NCBI GenBank assembly: GCA_963751345.1
Contig: CAVVUS010000001.1
Coordinates: forward strand, 15,235-79,234
Direction of reading: 5' to 3'
Source of the DNA: an uncultured Chloroflexia bacterium
GTDB lineage: Bacteria; Chloroflexota; Anaerolineae; B4-G1; SLSP01
DNA length: 64,000 nt
Positions within the stretch are counted from its first letter, which is position 1, and the number at the start of each line of letters is the position of its first letter. Below are positions 41,935 to 53,965 of this stretch, piece after piece. The translations under genes and the position numbers were made by a program. The notes beneath the pieces were generated by a model that had not been told where the DNA came from, did no database searches, and worked only from the letters and a program-made list of their open reading frames with translations.

Positions 41935-42531
41935 ATGAGCGATGATACGTTCCTATCCCACGCACCCGAGCGCTTCCGGCAGGTCGTGAAGCCGCCCGAC
42001 GTGGTCGTACACCGCCTGGAGGCAAACGGTGATATCCCCAACAACCCGCGCCTGCCGCTGATCGTCCTCAGGCAGGCCCTGTCGTTGCCGCCCGCCGACC
42101 CGGCGGCGACGATTGAGGCCCTCTTCGAACGCAACCATTGGCCGCCGGCGTGGCGCGACAGCGTCTACACCTTTCACCACTACCACAGCACGAGCCACGA
42201 GGCCCTCGGCGTCTACAGCGGGGAGGCGACCGTCCGATTCGGCGGCGATCCGGGCGTCGACGTGACCATACATGCCGGTGACGTCGTCATCATCCCGGCG
42301 GGCGTCTCGCACAAACGGCTCTCCTCGAGCCCTGACTTCGCCGTGGTCGGCGCCTATCCCCAGGGGCTGACCTGGGACATGAACTACGGCAAGCCAGAGG
42401 AGCATCCGCGGGTCGATGAGAACATCGCCGCCGTTCCGGATCCGGCGCGCGATCCTGTCTACGGTACGGGGGGCCCGCTGGTGTCCGCTGGGGGGCTGAC
42501 GCTTCGTGAACCGATCGATCCTACACACTGA
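41935..42531 (+). CDS. cupin domain protein (YjlB-like)
   Basis: PNNPRLPL, FHHYHSTSHE, GDVVIIPAGVSH, VVGAYP, DPVYG. Confidence 0.88.
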   Translation: MSDDTFLSHAPERFRQVVKPPDVVVHRLEANGDIPNNPRLPLIVLRQALSLPPADPAATIEALFERNHWPPAWRDSVYTFHHYHSTSHEALGVYSGEATVRFGGDPGVDVTIHAGDVVIIPAGVSHKRLSSSPDFAVVGAYPQGLTWDMNYGKPEEHPRVDENIAAVPDPARDPVYGTGGPLVSAGGLTLREPIDPTH

Positions 42532-42555
42532 GACCTCTTGCAAGGAGATTTCACT

Positions 42556-43584
42556 ATGCCCTACCCTGAACTGACCGATGCCTGGCGACTCCAGCGGCTG
42601 GTTCCGCCGATGGGACCGCTCGACCTCGTGCTGGATACCGATACCTACAATGAGGTCGACGACCAGTTCGCCGTCGTCTATGCCCTGCTCTCACCCGAGA
42701 AGATCCGGCTCCAAGCACTCTACGCCGCCCCCTTCTTCAACAACCGGTCCACAGGGCCCGCAGACGGGATGGAGAGAAGCTACAAGGAGATCCTCCGCCT
42801 GCTGGACCGTCTCGACGTCCCTGCCGACGGGCTGGTCCATCGCGGTTCGACACGGTACCTTGGCGGGCCCGACGATCCGCTGGCGCTCTCGGGCCAAGCT
42901 GCGAACTGGAGCTTGCGTGGCTCGGCTCAATCGCTCGGCAATCCCGAGCGTGCGTGCGAGAGCGAGGCTGCGCTTGACCTGATCGAGCGAGCGATGGCCC
43001 GGTCGCCAGACGACGCGCCGCTCTACGTCGCCGCGATCGGCGCGATCACCAACGTCGCCTCGGCGATCCTGATGGAGCCCGAGATCATCCGGCGCATCGC
43101 GGTCGTCTGGCTGGGCGGGCACGCCTATCATTGGCCCGACACCAGGGAGTTCAACCTGTGGCAGGACCCCGACGCAGCGCGTGTGATCTTCGACTGCGGC
43201 GTTCCGGTCGTCCAGATCCCGGTGATGGGCGTCTGTTCGCACCTTCACACCACCATGCCGGAGATCGATGCCTATGTCGCCGGACGGGGCGCGATCGGCG
43301 ACTATCTTGCCGAGACGGTCCGCAGCTACCACGAGGACCACGCGCGTACGGCCGGACCGTACGCGTCTGCCTGGTCGAAGGTGATATGGGACATCTCCGC
43401 GATCGCCTATCTGCTCGACGCGTCGTGGACGCCGAGTGTGCTCGTGCACAGCCCAATCGTCACGGACCAGGGCACCTACAGCTTCGACAACCGGCGCCAT
43501 CTCATCCGAAGTGCCTATCACGTGGAGCGGGACCCTATCTTCAGAGACCTCTTTCAGAAGCTGGAGAGACGGAGCCAAGGGTAG
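42556..43584 (+). CDS. nucleoside hydrolase (IU-NH family)
   Basis: DTDTYNEVDDQFA, IGAITNVA, WLGG, EFNL.QD, IWD. Confidence 0.9.
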   Translation: MPYPELTDAWRLQRLVPPMGPLDLVLDTDTYNEVDDQFAVVYALLSPEKIRLQALYAAPFFNNRSTGPADGMERSYKEILRLLDRLDVPADGLVHRGSTRYLGGPDDPLALSGQAANWSLRGSAQSLGNPERACESEAALDLIERAMARSPDDAPLYVAAIGAITNVASAILMEPEIIRRIAVVWLGGHAYHWPDTREFNLWQDPDAARVIFDCGVPVVQIPVMGVCSHLHTTMPEIDAYVAGRGAIGDYLAETVRSYHEDHARTAGPYASAWSKVIWDISAIAYLLDASWTPSVLVHSPIVTDQGTYSFDNRRHLIRSAYHVERDPIFRDLFQKLERRSQG

Positions 43585-43612
43585 CCCCGGCACCCTGCCC
43601 CGGAGGATTTCT

Positions 43613-44419
43613 ATGACACACTACGCACCATCGCAACCGCACGACCACCGTCCAGCGCCCGGCGAACAGGAGGCAGCAGGACGTATCGCAGCAGATCTCC
43701 AGCGCCTCGGCGTTCGACCGGGGGGTGTTCTACTGGTACACAGCTCGCTGAGCTCGCTCGGATACGTCCTCGGCGGCCCCGAGACCGTGATCCGGGGGCT
43801 CCTCCAGGCGCTCGGCCCGGAGGGCACGCTCTTGATACCCGCTCTGAGCTATGAGCACGTCACGTCGAAGGCCCCATTCTTCGATGTGCGGCGAACACCG
43901 TCGAACGTAGGCGCCATCCCCGAGGCCTTCCGCAAGCGCGCCGGTACGGGGCGCAGCATTCACCCCACACACTCCGTGTGCAGCGTCGGGCCTCGCACCG
44001 GGGAACTGCTCGGGGACCACGACCTGGACTCCACGCCCTGCGGCGAACACTCTCCCTTCAGGAAGCTGCGGGATGTCGGGGGCCAGATTCTTATGCTCGG
44101 CTGTGGCCTACGCCCCAACACGTCGATGCACGGCATCGAGGAGCTTTCGGCGCCGCCCTACCTCTTCGGGCCACAGCTGACTTACGTCCTGACCTATGCC
44201 GACGGCCACTCTATCGAGAAGGAATACACGACCCATGGCTTCGACGGCTGGGCGCAGCGCTATGACCGCGTCGCCGAGGTACTGGAGACGCCGGCGCTGA
44301 AGCACGGCCCTGTGCTCAAGGCGCAAGCTCATCTGATCTACGCGCCGGCGCTCTGGGAGGCTGTTCACGCGGCGCTGAAGCGCGATCCGCTGAGATTCGT
44401 CGAACGGTATGATGATTGA
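43613..44419 (+). CDS. AAC(3)/YokD family N-acetyltransferase
   Basis: LLVHSSLSSLG, GTLLIP, G.IPE, RS.HPTHS, NTSMH..E. Confidence 0.88.
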   Translation: MTHYAPSQPHDHRPAPGEQEAAGRIAADLQRLGVRPGGVLLVHSSLSSLGYVLGGPETVIRGLLQALGPEGTLLIPALSYEHVTSKAPFFDVRRTPSNVGAIPEAFRKRAGTGRSIHPTHSVCSVGPRTGELLGDHDLDSTPCGEHSPFRKLRDVGGQILMLGCGLRPNTSMHGIEELSAPPYLFGPQLTYVLTYADGHSIEKEYTTHGFDGWAQRYDRVAEVLETPALKHGPVLKAQAHLIYAPALWEAVHAALKRDPLRFVERYDD

Positions 44420-44449
44420 CAGATTCTGCCCACTCAGGAGGGACTCACG

Positions 44450-45451
44450 ATGAGCGAACGAGTTCAAATGGCTATCATCGGCTGTGGCGGTATGGGCCGG
44501 AACCACCTGCGCGACATCCTGAAGCAGAGGGACACCACCGAGATCGCGGCAATATGCGACATCTCCCCGGATTCGGTGTCGGAAGCCGAGAAGATCTTCG
44601 TCCAGGCCGGCGTACCGATGCCTCCCGTCGAGCCGGACCTGGATGTCCTCCTGGCAACTTACGATCTGGATGCGGCCTTCGTTGTGACCCCTCACGCCGT
44701 GCACTTCGGCCAGGCGAAAGCTTGCCTGGAAGCTGGTCTCGACGTCTTGCTCGAAAAGCCGATGGTGATGAACGCCGTGGAGGCTCGCAGCCTCATCGAC
44801 GTTCGAGACCGGACCGGGAAACTCCTGGTGGTCTCCTTCAACGGTAGCCTTTCTCCCGAGATCCGTGAGTCGGTGCGGCTGCTCCGCTCCGGGGAACTGG
44901 GCAAGATCCTGAGCATCAGCGCCACTGTCTGGCAGAGTTGGGGCCCCGGCACCACCGGCCAGTGGCGACAGGTCCCGGAGATCTCGGGCGGCGGCTTCAT
45001 GTTTGACACCGGCGCCCACCTTCTGAACACGGTGGCGGACCTCGCGGGGGAAGAGTTCGTCGAGGTCGCTGCCTGGACTGATAACTACGGTCGGCCCGTG
45101 GAGACGCTGGCGGCCGTGATGGCCCGGCTGGCGTCAGGCGCGTTGGTCACCTTCCACGGATGCGGCGAGACGGTGAGGAGCTGCCGGTCTGATATCCGTG
45201 TGTTCTGTACCGACGCAATTCTCAGGACGGGCGCTTGGGGCCGCTGGCTGGAGATTCAGCGGCAGGGCGAGCCCGACTTCACGCCCGTCGTGCTCCCCCC
45301 TTCGCTAGGCGCGTGGGAGCAGTTCGTGGCAGTGCGCAAGGGGAGCTTCCCTAACCCGTGTCCGCCTGAAGTGGGGCTGCGAACCGTACGTTTGTATGAT
45401 GCCATCAAAGCATCGGCGGTGCGCCACGGCGCGCCGGTTCTGTGCAACTAA
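44450..45451 (+). CDS. Gfo/Idh/MocA oxidoreductase
   Basis: [26 protein letters not shown]. Confidence 0.92.
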   Translation: MSERVQMAIIGCGGMGRNHLRDILKQRDTTEIAAICDISPDSVSEAEKIFVQAGVPMPPVEPDLDVLLATYDLDAAFVVTPHAVHFGQAKACLEAGLDVLLEKPMVMNAVEARSLIDVRDRTGKLLVVSFNGSLSPEIRESVRLLRSGELGKILSISATVWQSWGPGTTGQWRQVPEISGGGFMFDTGAHLLNTVADLAGEEFVEVAAWTDNYGRPVETLAAVMARLASGALVTFHGCGETVRSCRSDIRVFCTDAILRTGAWGRWLEIQRQGEPDFTPVVLPPSLGAWEQFVAVRKGSFPNPCPPEVGLRTVRLYDAIKASAVRHGAPVLCN

Positions 45452-45480
45452 CCAAACTCGAATCACCCAAGGAGAACGCA

Positions 45481-46138
45481 ATGTCGAATGCAAACAAGAA
45501 AGCGCTGATGGTCTGGGGCGGTTGGATGGGGCACGAGCCCGATCTATGTGTCGACGTATTCGCCCCCTATCTGAGATCCCAGGGCTACGATGTGACGATC
45601 TCGGACACACTGGATGCCTACCTCGATACGGACATGCTGATGGCGCTCGACCTGATCGTGCCGGTCTGGACGATGGGAACGATCACCAACGAGCAGGAGA
45701 ACGGCCTGCTGCAGGCCGTGAAGAGCGGCGTGGGGATCGCAGGGTGGCACGGCGGGATGGGCGACTGCGTTCCGCAACAACACTGAATACCAGTTCATGG
45801 TCGGCGGGCAATGGGTGGCGCACCCCGGCGGCGTGATCGACTACGAGGTGAATATCACCAAACCCGACGATCCTATCGTCGCCGGACTCGGCGACTTCGC
45901 GATGCATTCTGAGCAGTACTACATGCACGTGGACCCGTCGAACGAGGTATTGGCGACGACGACCTTCCACGGCGACTATGCCCCTTGGATCGAGGGCACG
46001 GTGATGCCGGTGGCCTGGAAGCGGATGTACGGCAAGGGCCGCGTCTTCTACACCTCACTGGGACACGTCGCCAAGGACTTCGAGGCCAAGGAGCCGCTGA
46101 CGATTATGCAGCGTGGACTGCTCTGGGCCAGCAAGTAG
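45481..46138 (+). CDS. ThuA-domain protein (frameshift near 45770)
   Basis: [41 protein letters not shown]. Confidence 0.88.
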
Positions 46139-46149
46139 GGAGGCCACAT

Positions 46150-47256
46150 ATGGAGAAGACCAAAGTTGGGATCATCGGCTGCGGGAACATCAGCGGCATC
46201 TATCTGAAGAACTGCCAGCAGACTTTCGAGATTCTGGAGATCGCGGCGTGTGCGGACCTGATCCCCGAACGCGCTCAGGCGCAGGCGGAGGCCTATGGCG
46301 TTGCTCGTGCTTGCTCGGTGGCGGAACTGCTGGCCGATCCCGAGATCGAGATCGTCATCAACCTCACGACACCGCAATCCCACTTTTCCGTAGCGATGCA
46401 GGCCGTGCAGGCCGGCAAGTCGGTGCACAACGAGAAACCTCTGGCGTTGACCCGTGACGAGGGCCAGCGACTGCTCAAAGCCGCAGCCGAGAGGGGCGTC
46501 CGCGTGGGCGGTGCCCCGGATACGTTCTTGGGTGGCGGACACCAGACCTGCCGCAAGCTGATCGACGACGGCTGGATCGGCGAGCCGATCGGCATGACGG
46601 CTTTCATGCTCTGTCACGGGCACGAGAGCTGGCACCCGAGCCCCGCCTTCTATTACCAGATCGGCGGTGGCCCGATGTTCGATATGGGCCCCTACTACCT
46701 CACGGCGCTCGTGAACATGATGGGACCTATCCACCGCGTGTCGGGCGAGGCTGCCGTGACCTTCCCCCAGCGCACCATCACCAGCAAGCCTCTCTACGGC
46801 ACCGTCGTCGACGTCGAGACGCCCACACATATCGCCAGCACGCTGCAGTTCGAGAGTGGCGCGGTGGGCACGATCATCACCAGCTTCGACGTCTGGTCGA
46901 GCCAGTTGCCGCCCATCGAGATCTACGGCACCGAGGGCTCACTCGCCGTCCCCGACCCGAACGGCTTCGGCGGCCCTGTGAGGGTGCGCCGGGCCGGTGA
47001 CGCGGAATGGCGCGAGGTTCCCCTGAGCCACGGCTACGCGGAGAACAGCCGCGGCATCGGCGTCGCGGACATGGCCTATGCCCTGCGGTCAGGGCGGCCC
47101 CACCGCGCCAGCGGGTCGCTGGCCTATCACGTCCTGGACGTGATGCACGCCACCCTGGATTCGCCGAGGGAGGGCCGTCATATCGAGGTCGAGAGCACCT
47201 GCGAGCGACCGGCTGCGCTCCCGATGGGGCTGCGCCACGGCTTGCTCGACGACTGA
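46150..47256 (+). CDS. Gfo/Idh/MocA oxidoreductase
   Basis: [30 protein letters not shown]. Confidence 0.92.
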   Translation: MEKTKVGIIGCGNISGIYLKNCQQTFEILEIAACADLIPERAQAQAEAYGVARACSVAELLADPEIEIVINLTTPQSHFSVAMQAVQAGKSVHNEKPLALTRDEGQRLLKAAAERGVRVGGAPDTFLGGGHQTCRKLIDDGWIGEPIGMTAFMLCHGHESWHPSPAFYYQIGGGPMFDMGPYYLTALVNMMGPIHRVSGEAAVTFPQRTITSKPLYGTVVDVETPTHIASTLQFESGAVGTIITSFDVWSSQLPPIEIYGTEGSLAVPDPNGFGGPVRVRRAGDAEWREVPLSHGYAENSRGIGVADMAYALRSGRPHRASGSLAYHVLDVMHATLDSPREGRHIEVESTCERPAALPMGLRHGLLDD

Positions 47257-47384
47257 AGCTCGGGTGCGCCGCGCCGGTTCCTCCCCAGGTGGGAGGACTC
47301 GGACGCGGCAAAGACCCCTTCTTGCTGTTCCCCTCTATGAACGTGGAGGGAAAAGCCACCGGAAGGGGCGAGGCAGAAACGACA

Positions 47385-47416
47385 CAGAAGCCCTTCCCTG
47401 CGGGGAAGGGCTTCTG
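47385..47416. terminator. strong hairpin between convergent operons
   Basis: cagaagcccttccc-tgcg-gggaagggcttctg, 14-bp perfect stem. Confidence 0.65.
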
Positions 47417-47453
47417 CTATGTGATGTCTGCATCGAACAGATGATGCTGCGTA

Positions 47454-48696
47454 TCACCCGTGGCGTACCGCCGTATATGCTGATTCCAGGTTGTCGATAT
47501 ACGCATCCATCGAGAGCGGCGGCGTGACGCCTGTCTTGAGTCGGGCGCGCAGCTCGGGAGAGGCCACAAATCGAGCCATCGCGCTACGCCACGCGGACTA
47601 CGTCTCCCGGCGACACCAAGAGACCGTCGACCCCATCGGTGACCGCATCGGCCATGACACCGTGATCCGATGCCAGCACCGGAACGCCCATGGCAAAGGC
47701 CTCGTGCGTGAGCATCGAGAACGTCTCGTACCACAGCGATGGTACAACCACGGCATCGGCTGCCGCCATCGTCTCCCAGACGGCCGGACGATCCAAGCGT
47801 CCGGCGAATCGGATCCCCGGGTGACGGGCTAACGTCCGCAGCTCAGCGACGTAGTCAGGGTACTGCGATTCGTCCCCGGCGATGATGAGCTCAGCCTCGG
47901 CGGGCAGGGCGTTGAAGGCTTCAATCACGACGTGTACACCCTTCTGCCAGGCAAGGCCGCCGAGGTAGACGAACCGGACGTGTCCGTCATCTGCGCGGCG
48001 ACCGACAGGCGGAGATTCGGGGCGCGGGATGCCGCGGGGCACGTAGTGCAGCCTGTCGGCAGGGGCACCGTGTTGGGAGAACCAACGGCGGACGAACTCC
48101 GTGTAGGTCAGGAGCGCGTCCGCACGCGCCATCACGCCGCGCAGGATGCGGTTGCGTGCAGCCATGAGTGGGGCCAGCACAGGAGCTCCGGCAAGGGCGG
48201 ACCTCATCCCCGCACGCACGAGCGCGCAGCGGGCGCAATGAAGCGGGGCCCCTGGCGTCGTGCACAGATTACCGGTGGTATAGTCGATCAACTGAGCGTT
48301 AGGACAGACGAACCAGAAATCGCGTAACGAGATCAGAGCCGGGCGCCCCTGCGCCCGCACCCAACCGACCAGATCGGCGGGAAGTCCGCGAAGATGCTGG
48401 AAGTGCACCAGATCGGGCTCGATCTCGGCGAAGATCTGACGAAAGCTACGCGTGATCTGCCGGTGGCCGAACGTCGCAGCGAACAAGGACATAGGCGTCA
48501 TCGCCCCGGCCTGGATCCGGTAGACGGGAACACCCTCACGCATCACACGATGAACGCCCGGTGCCCCCACTGCACGATGAACGATCGTCACCTCGTGTCC
48601 GCGGGCGCGCATGCGCGAGCCCACTTCCCAGGTATCGAGCTCGGTGCCGCCGACAAAGTCGGGCATGAACTGGTGGACGACATACAGGATCTTCAC
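47454..48696 (-). CDS. GT4 glycosyltransferase (frameshift near 47590)
   Basis: KILYVVHQF.P..VGGTE, DFW..CP, KGVH, PSLWYETF...EA. Confidence 0.88.
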
Positions 48697-49971
48697 GCTT
48701 GCCGCTCCCCCAGCGCCAGATAGAGGTCGCGGATCGCAGGGTATTTGCGCGCCCAAGTGTGCTGACTCAGCGCCTTAACCCTGCCGGCCTCGCCCATCCT
48801 GCGCGCATCCCGGGGATCATCTAGCAGATGGTCGATGGCCTGGCTCAACGCGGGTACGTCTCCAAATGGGACGAGCAGACCATCCTTGCCGTCATCGATC
48901 ACGTCCATGACGCCCCAGGTCTTCGCGCCAACCACCGGCTTGCCACACGCCCAGGCCTCCAGGTAGACGATGCCGAAAGAATCGGTCCGCGATGGCATGG
49001 CGAGCAGGTCACACGCTGCTAACAGGTCGCGTTTCTCCTCGTCGCTGACGGTACCCAGAAGGACAATACGCTCCCGCGTTGGCGCGGGGAGCCCGTCGTA
49101 GTAGGCACTGAAAGTGTCGAGCACGTCTCCGGCGAGCACGAGGTGGGCGTCGGATCCCTGCGCCCAGAGGTGCTGCATGGCCTCGATCGTATGCGTGACG
49201 CCCTTGTCATACGACATCTTGGTCAACATACAGACAATAGCGTGGTCGAGGTGATGCCGCGCGCGGAAGCGCACGGGGTCGCCGCCCGCCACGTCCTCGG
49301 GGCTGAATCCCGGCCCGACGACGTGCAGCCGGGAGCGCTCAACACCTTGGCCGGCGTAGAAGGAGGCCTCCGCCGGCGTCTGCGCCACAACCGCGTCGCT
49401 CCTGCGTACCAGATCGACCTGGTGGCGCATCGTATAGAATCGGCTCAGGGCATCCTGGGCCGGGGCCGGGCCGGCCCCCAGGTGGGTGAGCGGATAGACC
49501 ACGTAGGGCACACCCCGGCGCCGTGCGAAGCGGAGCCCGGCCTCCAGCAGCGGCTCGAACGTGATCGTCATCCCCGCCACCAGATCGAAGGGCTCGTCCG
49601 TCTCGCGAAGCCAGCGCCATAGGCCGGGAATCCACGGCGTCCACCGGGAGATTCGTGAGAGCACGGCGACAGGCACAGGCTTGACATAGGAGAGCAGCCA
49701 CAAGAGACGACGAAGACCTGGATAGGCCAGAGATGAGATCGGGCAGGTGACGGACCGGGAATCGCAGGATCCGCACGCCGTCGTGGACGTCCTCGCGATC
49801 GCTGAACCGGCGCGCACCGGGATGCCAGAAGAGCTCGAAATCCTGCGCATCCGACGTCGCGACGGTCACCTCGTGGCCATCGGCGGCGAGACGGGCTGAG
49901 ATCTCACCGAGGAGGATCTCGGCCCCCCCCATCACGGGCCAGTAGCGTTGAATGATGTGAAGGATGCGCAC
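48693..49971 (-). CDS. GT4 glycosyltransferase (frameshift near 49735)
   Basis: MRILHIIQRYWP..GGAE, KG, PSRTDSFGIVYLEAW. Confidence 0.88.
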
Positions 49972-52123
49972 TACGGGCTCCCCACCACCTCAAAGAAGTC
50001 GACATCCATCGTCTGCTCCCACACCTCCTGGGGCTTGTGCTCGTAGGAGACTTCAAGCACCGGGTAAGTGGCGCGGAAGTCGGCAAGCGGCTCTTGGGGC
50101 AGGTCTGCGAACAGATCCGGCACGGCATCCGGTCCCTCTGCCAATAGCACACGCCTGCCCCCTGCACGCCATCTGTCCACCTGCGTGGCCAACGTCGCAG
50201 GATCCGCATACTCCTCCTGCAAATCGAACACAGAGAAGCCGTACAGGTAGTTAAGCGGAGTCCCTAGGAGGGCGCCGGTACTGACAGGCAAGTCGTCGTT
50301 GAAAAGGATGATGGCCGGCGCCGATCCGAGGTCCGCAGCCAGGGCATCGGTCTGGGCGATCAGGCCATCGTACTCGACATGCACGATCTCCAGCCAAGCG
50401 GTCCAGAAGAGCCATCCTGCCAGGAGCACTGTAACCACGGCACTCGCTAAGCGCTGCCGGGACCCGCGCCGCGAGAGTTGATCCAGAGCATACGCAGCCA
50501 TGGTCACAAGAAAGGGTATCACCATCGGAACATACCGCCGCATCACGTAGATCTGGTGGGGGTTGTTGCGACTGTTGGCGATGAAGAGCACAGAGAAGAA
50601 GATTCCCACCCCCATCAGCAACCCGATGCTCGGCGTCACGCGATGGCGCAGCACAAGCCACGTGCCCGCCGTCGCGAGTATGAGACCGAGCGGGGTCAAG
50701 TACCACCCCAGTCGGATCATATTGTAGGGCTCAACGTTGGGAACCTGGCTGTCACCGAACCAGTAGTACCAACTTGCACCTACATCCGCGAGCCTCGGTC
50801 GGATGAAATACGCGTAGAGCGCAGCAAGAACTAGCACCACGGCGAGCACACGCATGCCGGTATGCCAGACCAGCGCCACCCGCTGCTGCACTTCAGGCGT
50901 CCGCCCGCCGCCACGACGGAAATACCGAACCAGCGGCACAGCGATCACGAGGGAAACAAACGTGCCGATGATCAGGAGCGCGGGCCGGCTGAGCAACTGC
51001 GAGAGCACGCGTCCATAGACGGCGCTGAAATAAGGCCACGACTGTGTGCGCGCGAACACCAACGACTGCCCCATCAGACCGTCAGAACGGTACGACGAAA
51101 CTCAGATCCCGCCACGAAAGCTTTCTCACTATCAGACGTTGAAGGCCATACGCAAGTGGAATGGCGGCCAGAAAGTACAGATCGAGCCGGGCAAGCATCG
51201 ACTCGCCCAAAGCAAGACCGGCCAGAATCCCATACCACGGTTGATCGTCATCGAGATAGCGGATGAGGGCCCATATTCCGCCGAAGAGCAGGAACTGGGT
51301 TAGCACTTCCGACGTAGGATACCGCGAGAACCAGATCTGCGTGGCAGTCAGGGTAAGCAACCCGATAGTAAGCAGCCCGGAGCGCTTGCCGAACAAGGCT
51401 GCCGGCCACCATCCCCACCGCCCATACACCCAGTACGCCCCAGACCGGGGTCGCATAGAGGCTCATGCGGAGCCCGCCTACGGCGTTAAACACCGCCAAC
51501 CAGAGTGGATGCAGCGGATAGAACTGCGGCGTGATCTCACCCGTGCCGGGGTCTGTCAGATAGAAGCCGGGAAACTGGATGTAGGGAGGCTCGGCAGATG
51601 GTTGCTGACGGAAAAACGCCGGATCCAGGGCCGCGGGCACCTCGGCGACAGCGTCGTCGGTCATCACCCAGTGGCCCGTGCGCGCGATACTGGCACCAAG
51701 GTTGACATAGACGCCTGCATCCGCGCCGCCCAAGATGAACTCGTGTGGGTGGAAGAACAGGGCTGCCGCGCTAGCAATCAAGAGGCCGAAGACAGCGAGA
51801 TCTGTGCCCGAACGCCGAAGGTCGGGGACCCACCTTCGCTCTTGTACCAAGTTCACAGCCACAAGTGCAGTGACAAGCATGGCCGTGCCGATCGCGAGAT
51901 TGGTGAGGGAGAATATGCCAAACTGGAGCAACAAGACACCTAATCCACCCGTCCAGAGCGCGCTTCCCAGGATAATGGTGAAGGCAAATGCAGGCCTGGA
52001 GACTGCCCGACGCGGCAAGGCTGCCCGACCGAAGGCCACCCATCCTAGGTAGCCCGGCAGGACGAAGAACAGATTTGCGGCTGCTGCGGCCCAGAGGGCG
52101 TTGCCAATGACCATACAGGCCAT
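49971..52123 (-). CDS. GT-C-type polytopic membrane glycosyltransferase (frameshifted)
   Basis: Many TM segments, GGADAGVY loop, PQFYPL, WFSRYP.SE, RRY.P; merges ORFs 51248-52123, 51082-51456 and 49971-51074. Confidence 0.72.
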
Positions 52124-52294
52124 CGATTATAGCGCAGATAGGGCTGCGGTCGACCGCAGCCCCGGTATGACCCTACCTCAACACCCGTTCCATCACCTTC
52201 AGGTTGTCGCAAGATCAAGTCCGGGCAGATCAGGGATAGGATCGAGTGCCAAGACAGCAGCGCGCCTGATTCGCGCGGCACGCAGGCCTTCGCT

Positions 52295-53817
52295 CACTCG
52301 GTTCCAGCTTGTGTTGGCGAAGTCGGGGAAGGTCGTGAACTGCACGAAAGGAAGGATGCCCGCATTCTAGGGCTCTGGAAAAGCCACCTAGAAAGCAGGC
52401 ATCGTGAACATTGTAGAGCGCGGGAGGGCATTTGCCAAGCGGTTGCGGGAGTTAGCCGTACGCAGCGCCTGGGATTGGAAGCGGTGCCCGCATTGTGGAA
52501 GTTGGGTAACGATCAAGAACGGATCGTACACGCGTCACCCGTGGGGCTTCGAGGGGCGGGAGACGGTACGGGTGCAACGGCACCTGTGTCGTGAATGTGA
52601 GCACACCTATGCGGAGGAATCCCCGTTGCTGGTGGCGCGGAGCTGGTACACACGTGGGGTGCATCGCGCGGCCATCGATCATTGGCAGCATGTAGGGACT
52701 TCGCTGCGGCGCACGGCGGAAGTGCTGCGTTCGTGGTTAGGACATCAGGAACGCTGGTTGCTGTGGCGGCCCCTGGACCCTGAGCCGCAGGCACGCTGTC
52801 ATCTGGCAGCCAGCACCGTGCATCGCTGGGTAGATGGTGCGGGGGCACACGCGGTGGAGAGCATCCCGGATCAGCTAGCGGGGATTGAGGAAGCCGCAGA
52901 ATTGGGCACAGATGGCCTGTGGGCCAAGCTCAAGGACCAGGTGGTGTGTGTGGTGCTGATGACGGTCAACAGTGTGACGGGCGTGATCTATCCTCCCGTC
53001 GTGGCCCAGGACGAAGCCCCGGCGACGGCTTGGGAGAAGCTATTCGCACGGGCCGCGGAAGCGGGGCTGGATCTGCAGCAGCTCCGCGGGGTGACCTCAG
53101 ACGGGGCGCAGGGACTGCTGGCGTATCTGCGCGACCAGCTGGAGTGGGTGGAGCAGCAACGCTGCGTTTGGCACGTCTGGCGGCAACTGGGGCGGACTCT
53201 CACCCAGGTCGTGAGTCAGGCCACCGCCGGTTTGGGCGGTGCGACGGCTACGGCAGCCGGCCAACGGCTCCGCCGCGAGTTGGGAGACCTGCTCCATCGG
53301 GTGGTGGATGCCACGTCAGCCAATGTCGCTGAAGTCACCCTCCGGAAGCTGCGTGCACATCCCCACGGGGAAGCCTTGGGCCGGCAACTGACTCACATCC
53401 TGGATCGTTTGCTGGTCTACCGCATGGCCTATTGTCGCGGGCTACAGCGCGTCTCGCCGGAGTGGTACTGGCGTGACTTTCGCTTGCGGCTAAGTCACGG
53501 ACGCAATCATCGCTCAGAGAAACGCCTGGAGCGGGCGGCGGTACTCTGGGCTCTGTATCACAACTTCGAGCCCGCCCAATGGCGCTCCGAACGCAAACGG
53601 CATTACCGTCATCCCGGGCAAAGTGCCCTCCAAGTAGCAGGCGTCCCGCCCGGCCAAGTCAGTTATCTGGATGCTGTGGGCATTTGAGTGCCCTCGGACC
53701 CTCAGCCCTGGGTTAGGCATCCATCCAGGGTCGTCCAGAGGGTGACGCACTGCGAGTGGACGCCATGGTGCAGACCAACACACCTTCCGAATCGCCAACA
53801 CACTATGGAACCGAGTC
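52295..53817 (+). mobile_element. insertion sequence with imperfect terminal IRs and 8-bp target duplication
   Basis: Left end cACTCGGTTCCAgctTGTGTTGGCGA; right end (revcomp) gACTCGGTTCCAtagTGTGTTGGCGA; CCTTCGCT at 52287-52294 and 53818-53825. Confidence 0.9.
52404..53687 (+). CDS. DDE transposase with N-terminal zinc ribbon and Mutator-like CxxH
   Basis: CPHC..CREC, GTDG, VTSDG, QRCVWH, SPE, YHNF. Confidence 0.85.
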   Translation: MNIVERGRAFAKRLRELAVRSAWDWKRCPHCGSWVTIKNGSYTRHPWGFEGRETVRVQRHLCRECEHTYAEESPLLVARSWYTRGVHRAAIDHWQHVGTSLRRTAEVLRSWLGHQERWLLWRPLDPEPQARCHLAASTVHRWVDGAGAHAVESIPDQLAGIEEAAELGTDGLWAKLKDQVVCVVLMTVNSVTGVIYPPVVAQDEAPATAWEKLFARAAEAGLDLQQLRGVTSDGAQGLLAYLRDQLEWVEQQRCVWHVWRQLGRTLTQVVSQATAGLGGATATAAGQRLRRELGDLLHRVVDATSANVAEVTLRKLRAHPHGEALGRQLTHILDRLLVYRMAYCRGLQRVSPEWYWRDFRLRLSHGRNHRSEKRLERAAVLWALYHNFEPAQWRSERKRHYRHPGQSALQVAGVPPGQVSYLDAVGI

Positions 53818-53965
53818 CCTTCGCTGGAAAAACATCGATTCTGTGTTAGTATCCTGGGGTGTGTCTTCGAGATGTCTTCACAGCAAATAGCGGACCCGCT
53901 CAGGGACAGTGCGAGGGTGCCTGCACAGGCAGGTTAGACCATCAACGCCGCCAGGAACCACTCCT

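Noticed and set aside
43613-44419. Aminoglycoside resistance gene
   Set aside because: AAC(3)/YokD fold only; it sits in a metabolic run with no mobile context, and many family members are not resistance enzymes.
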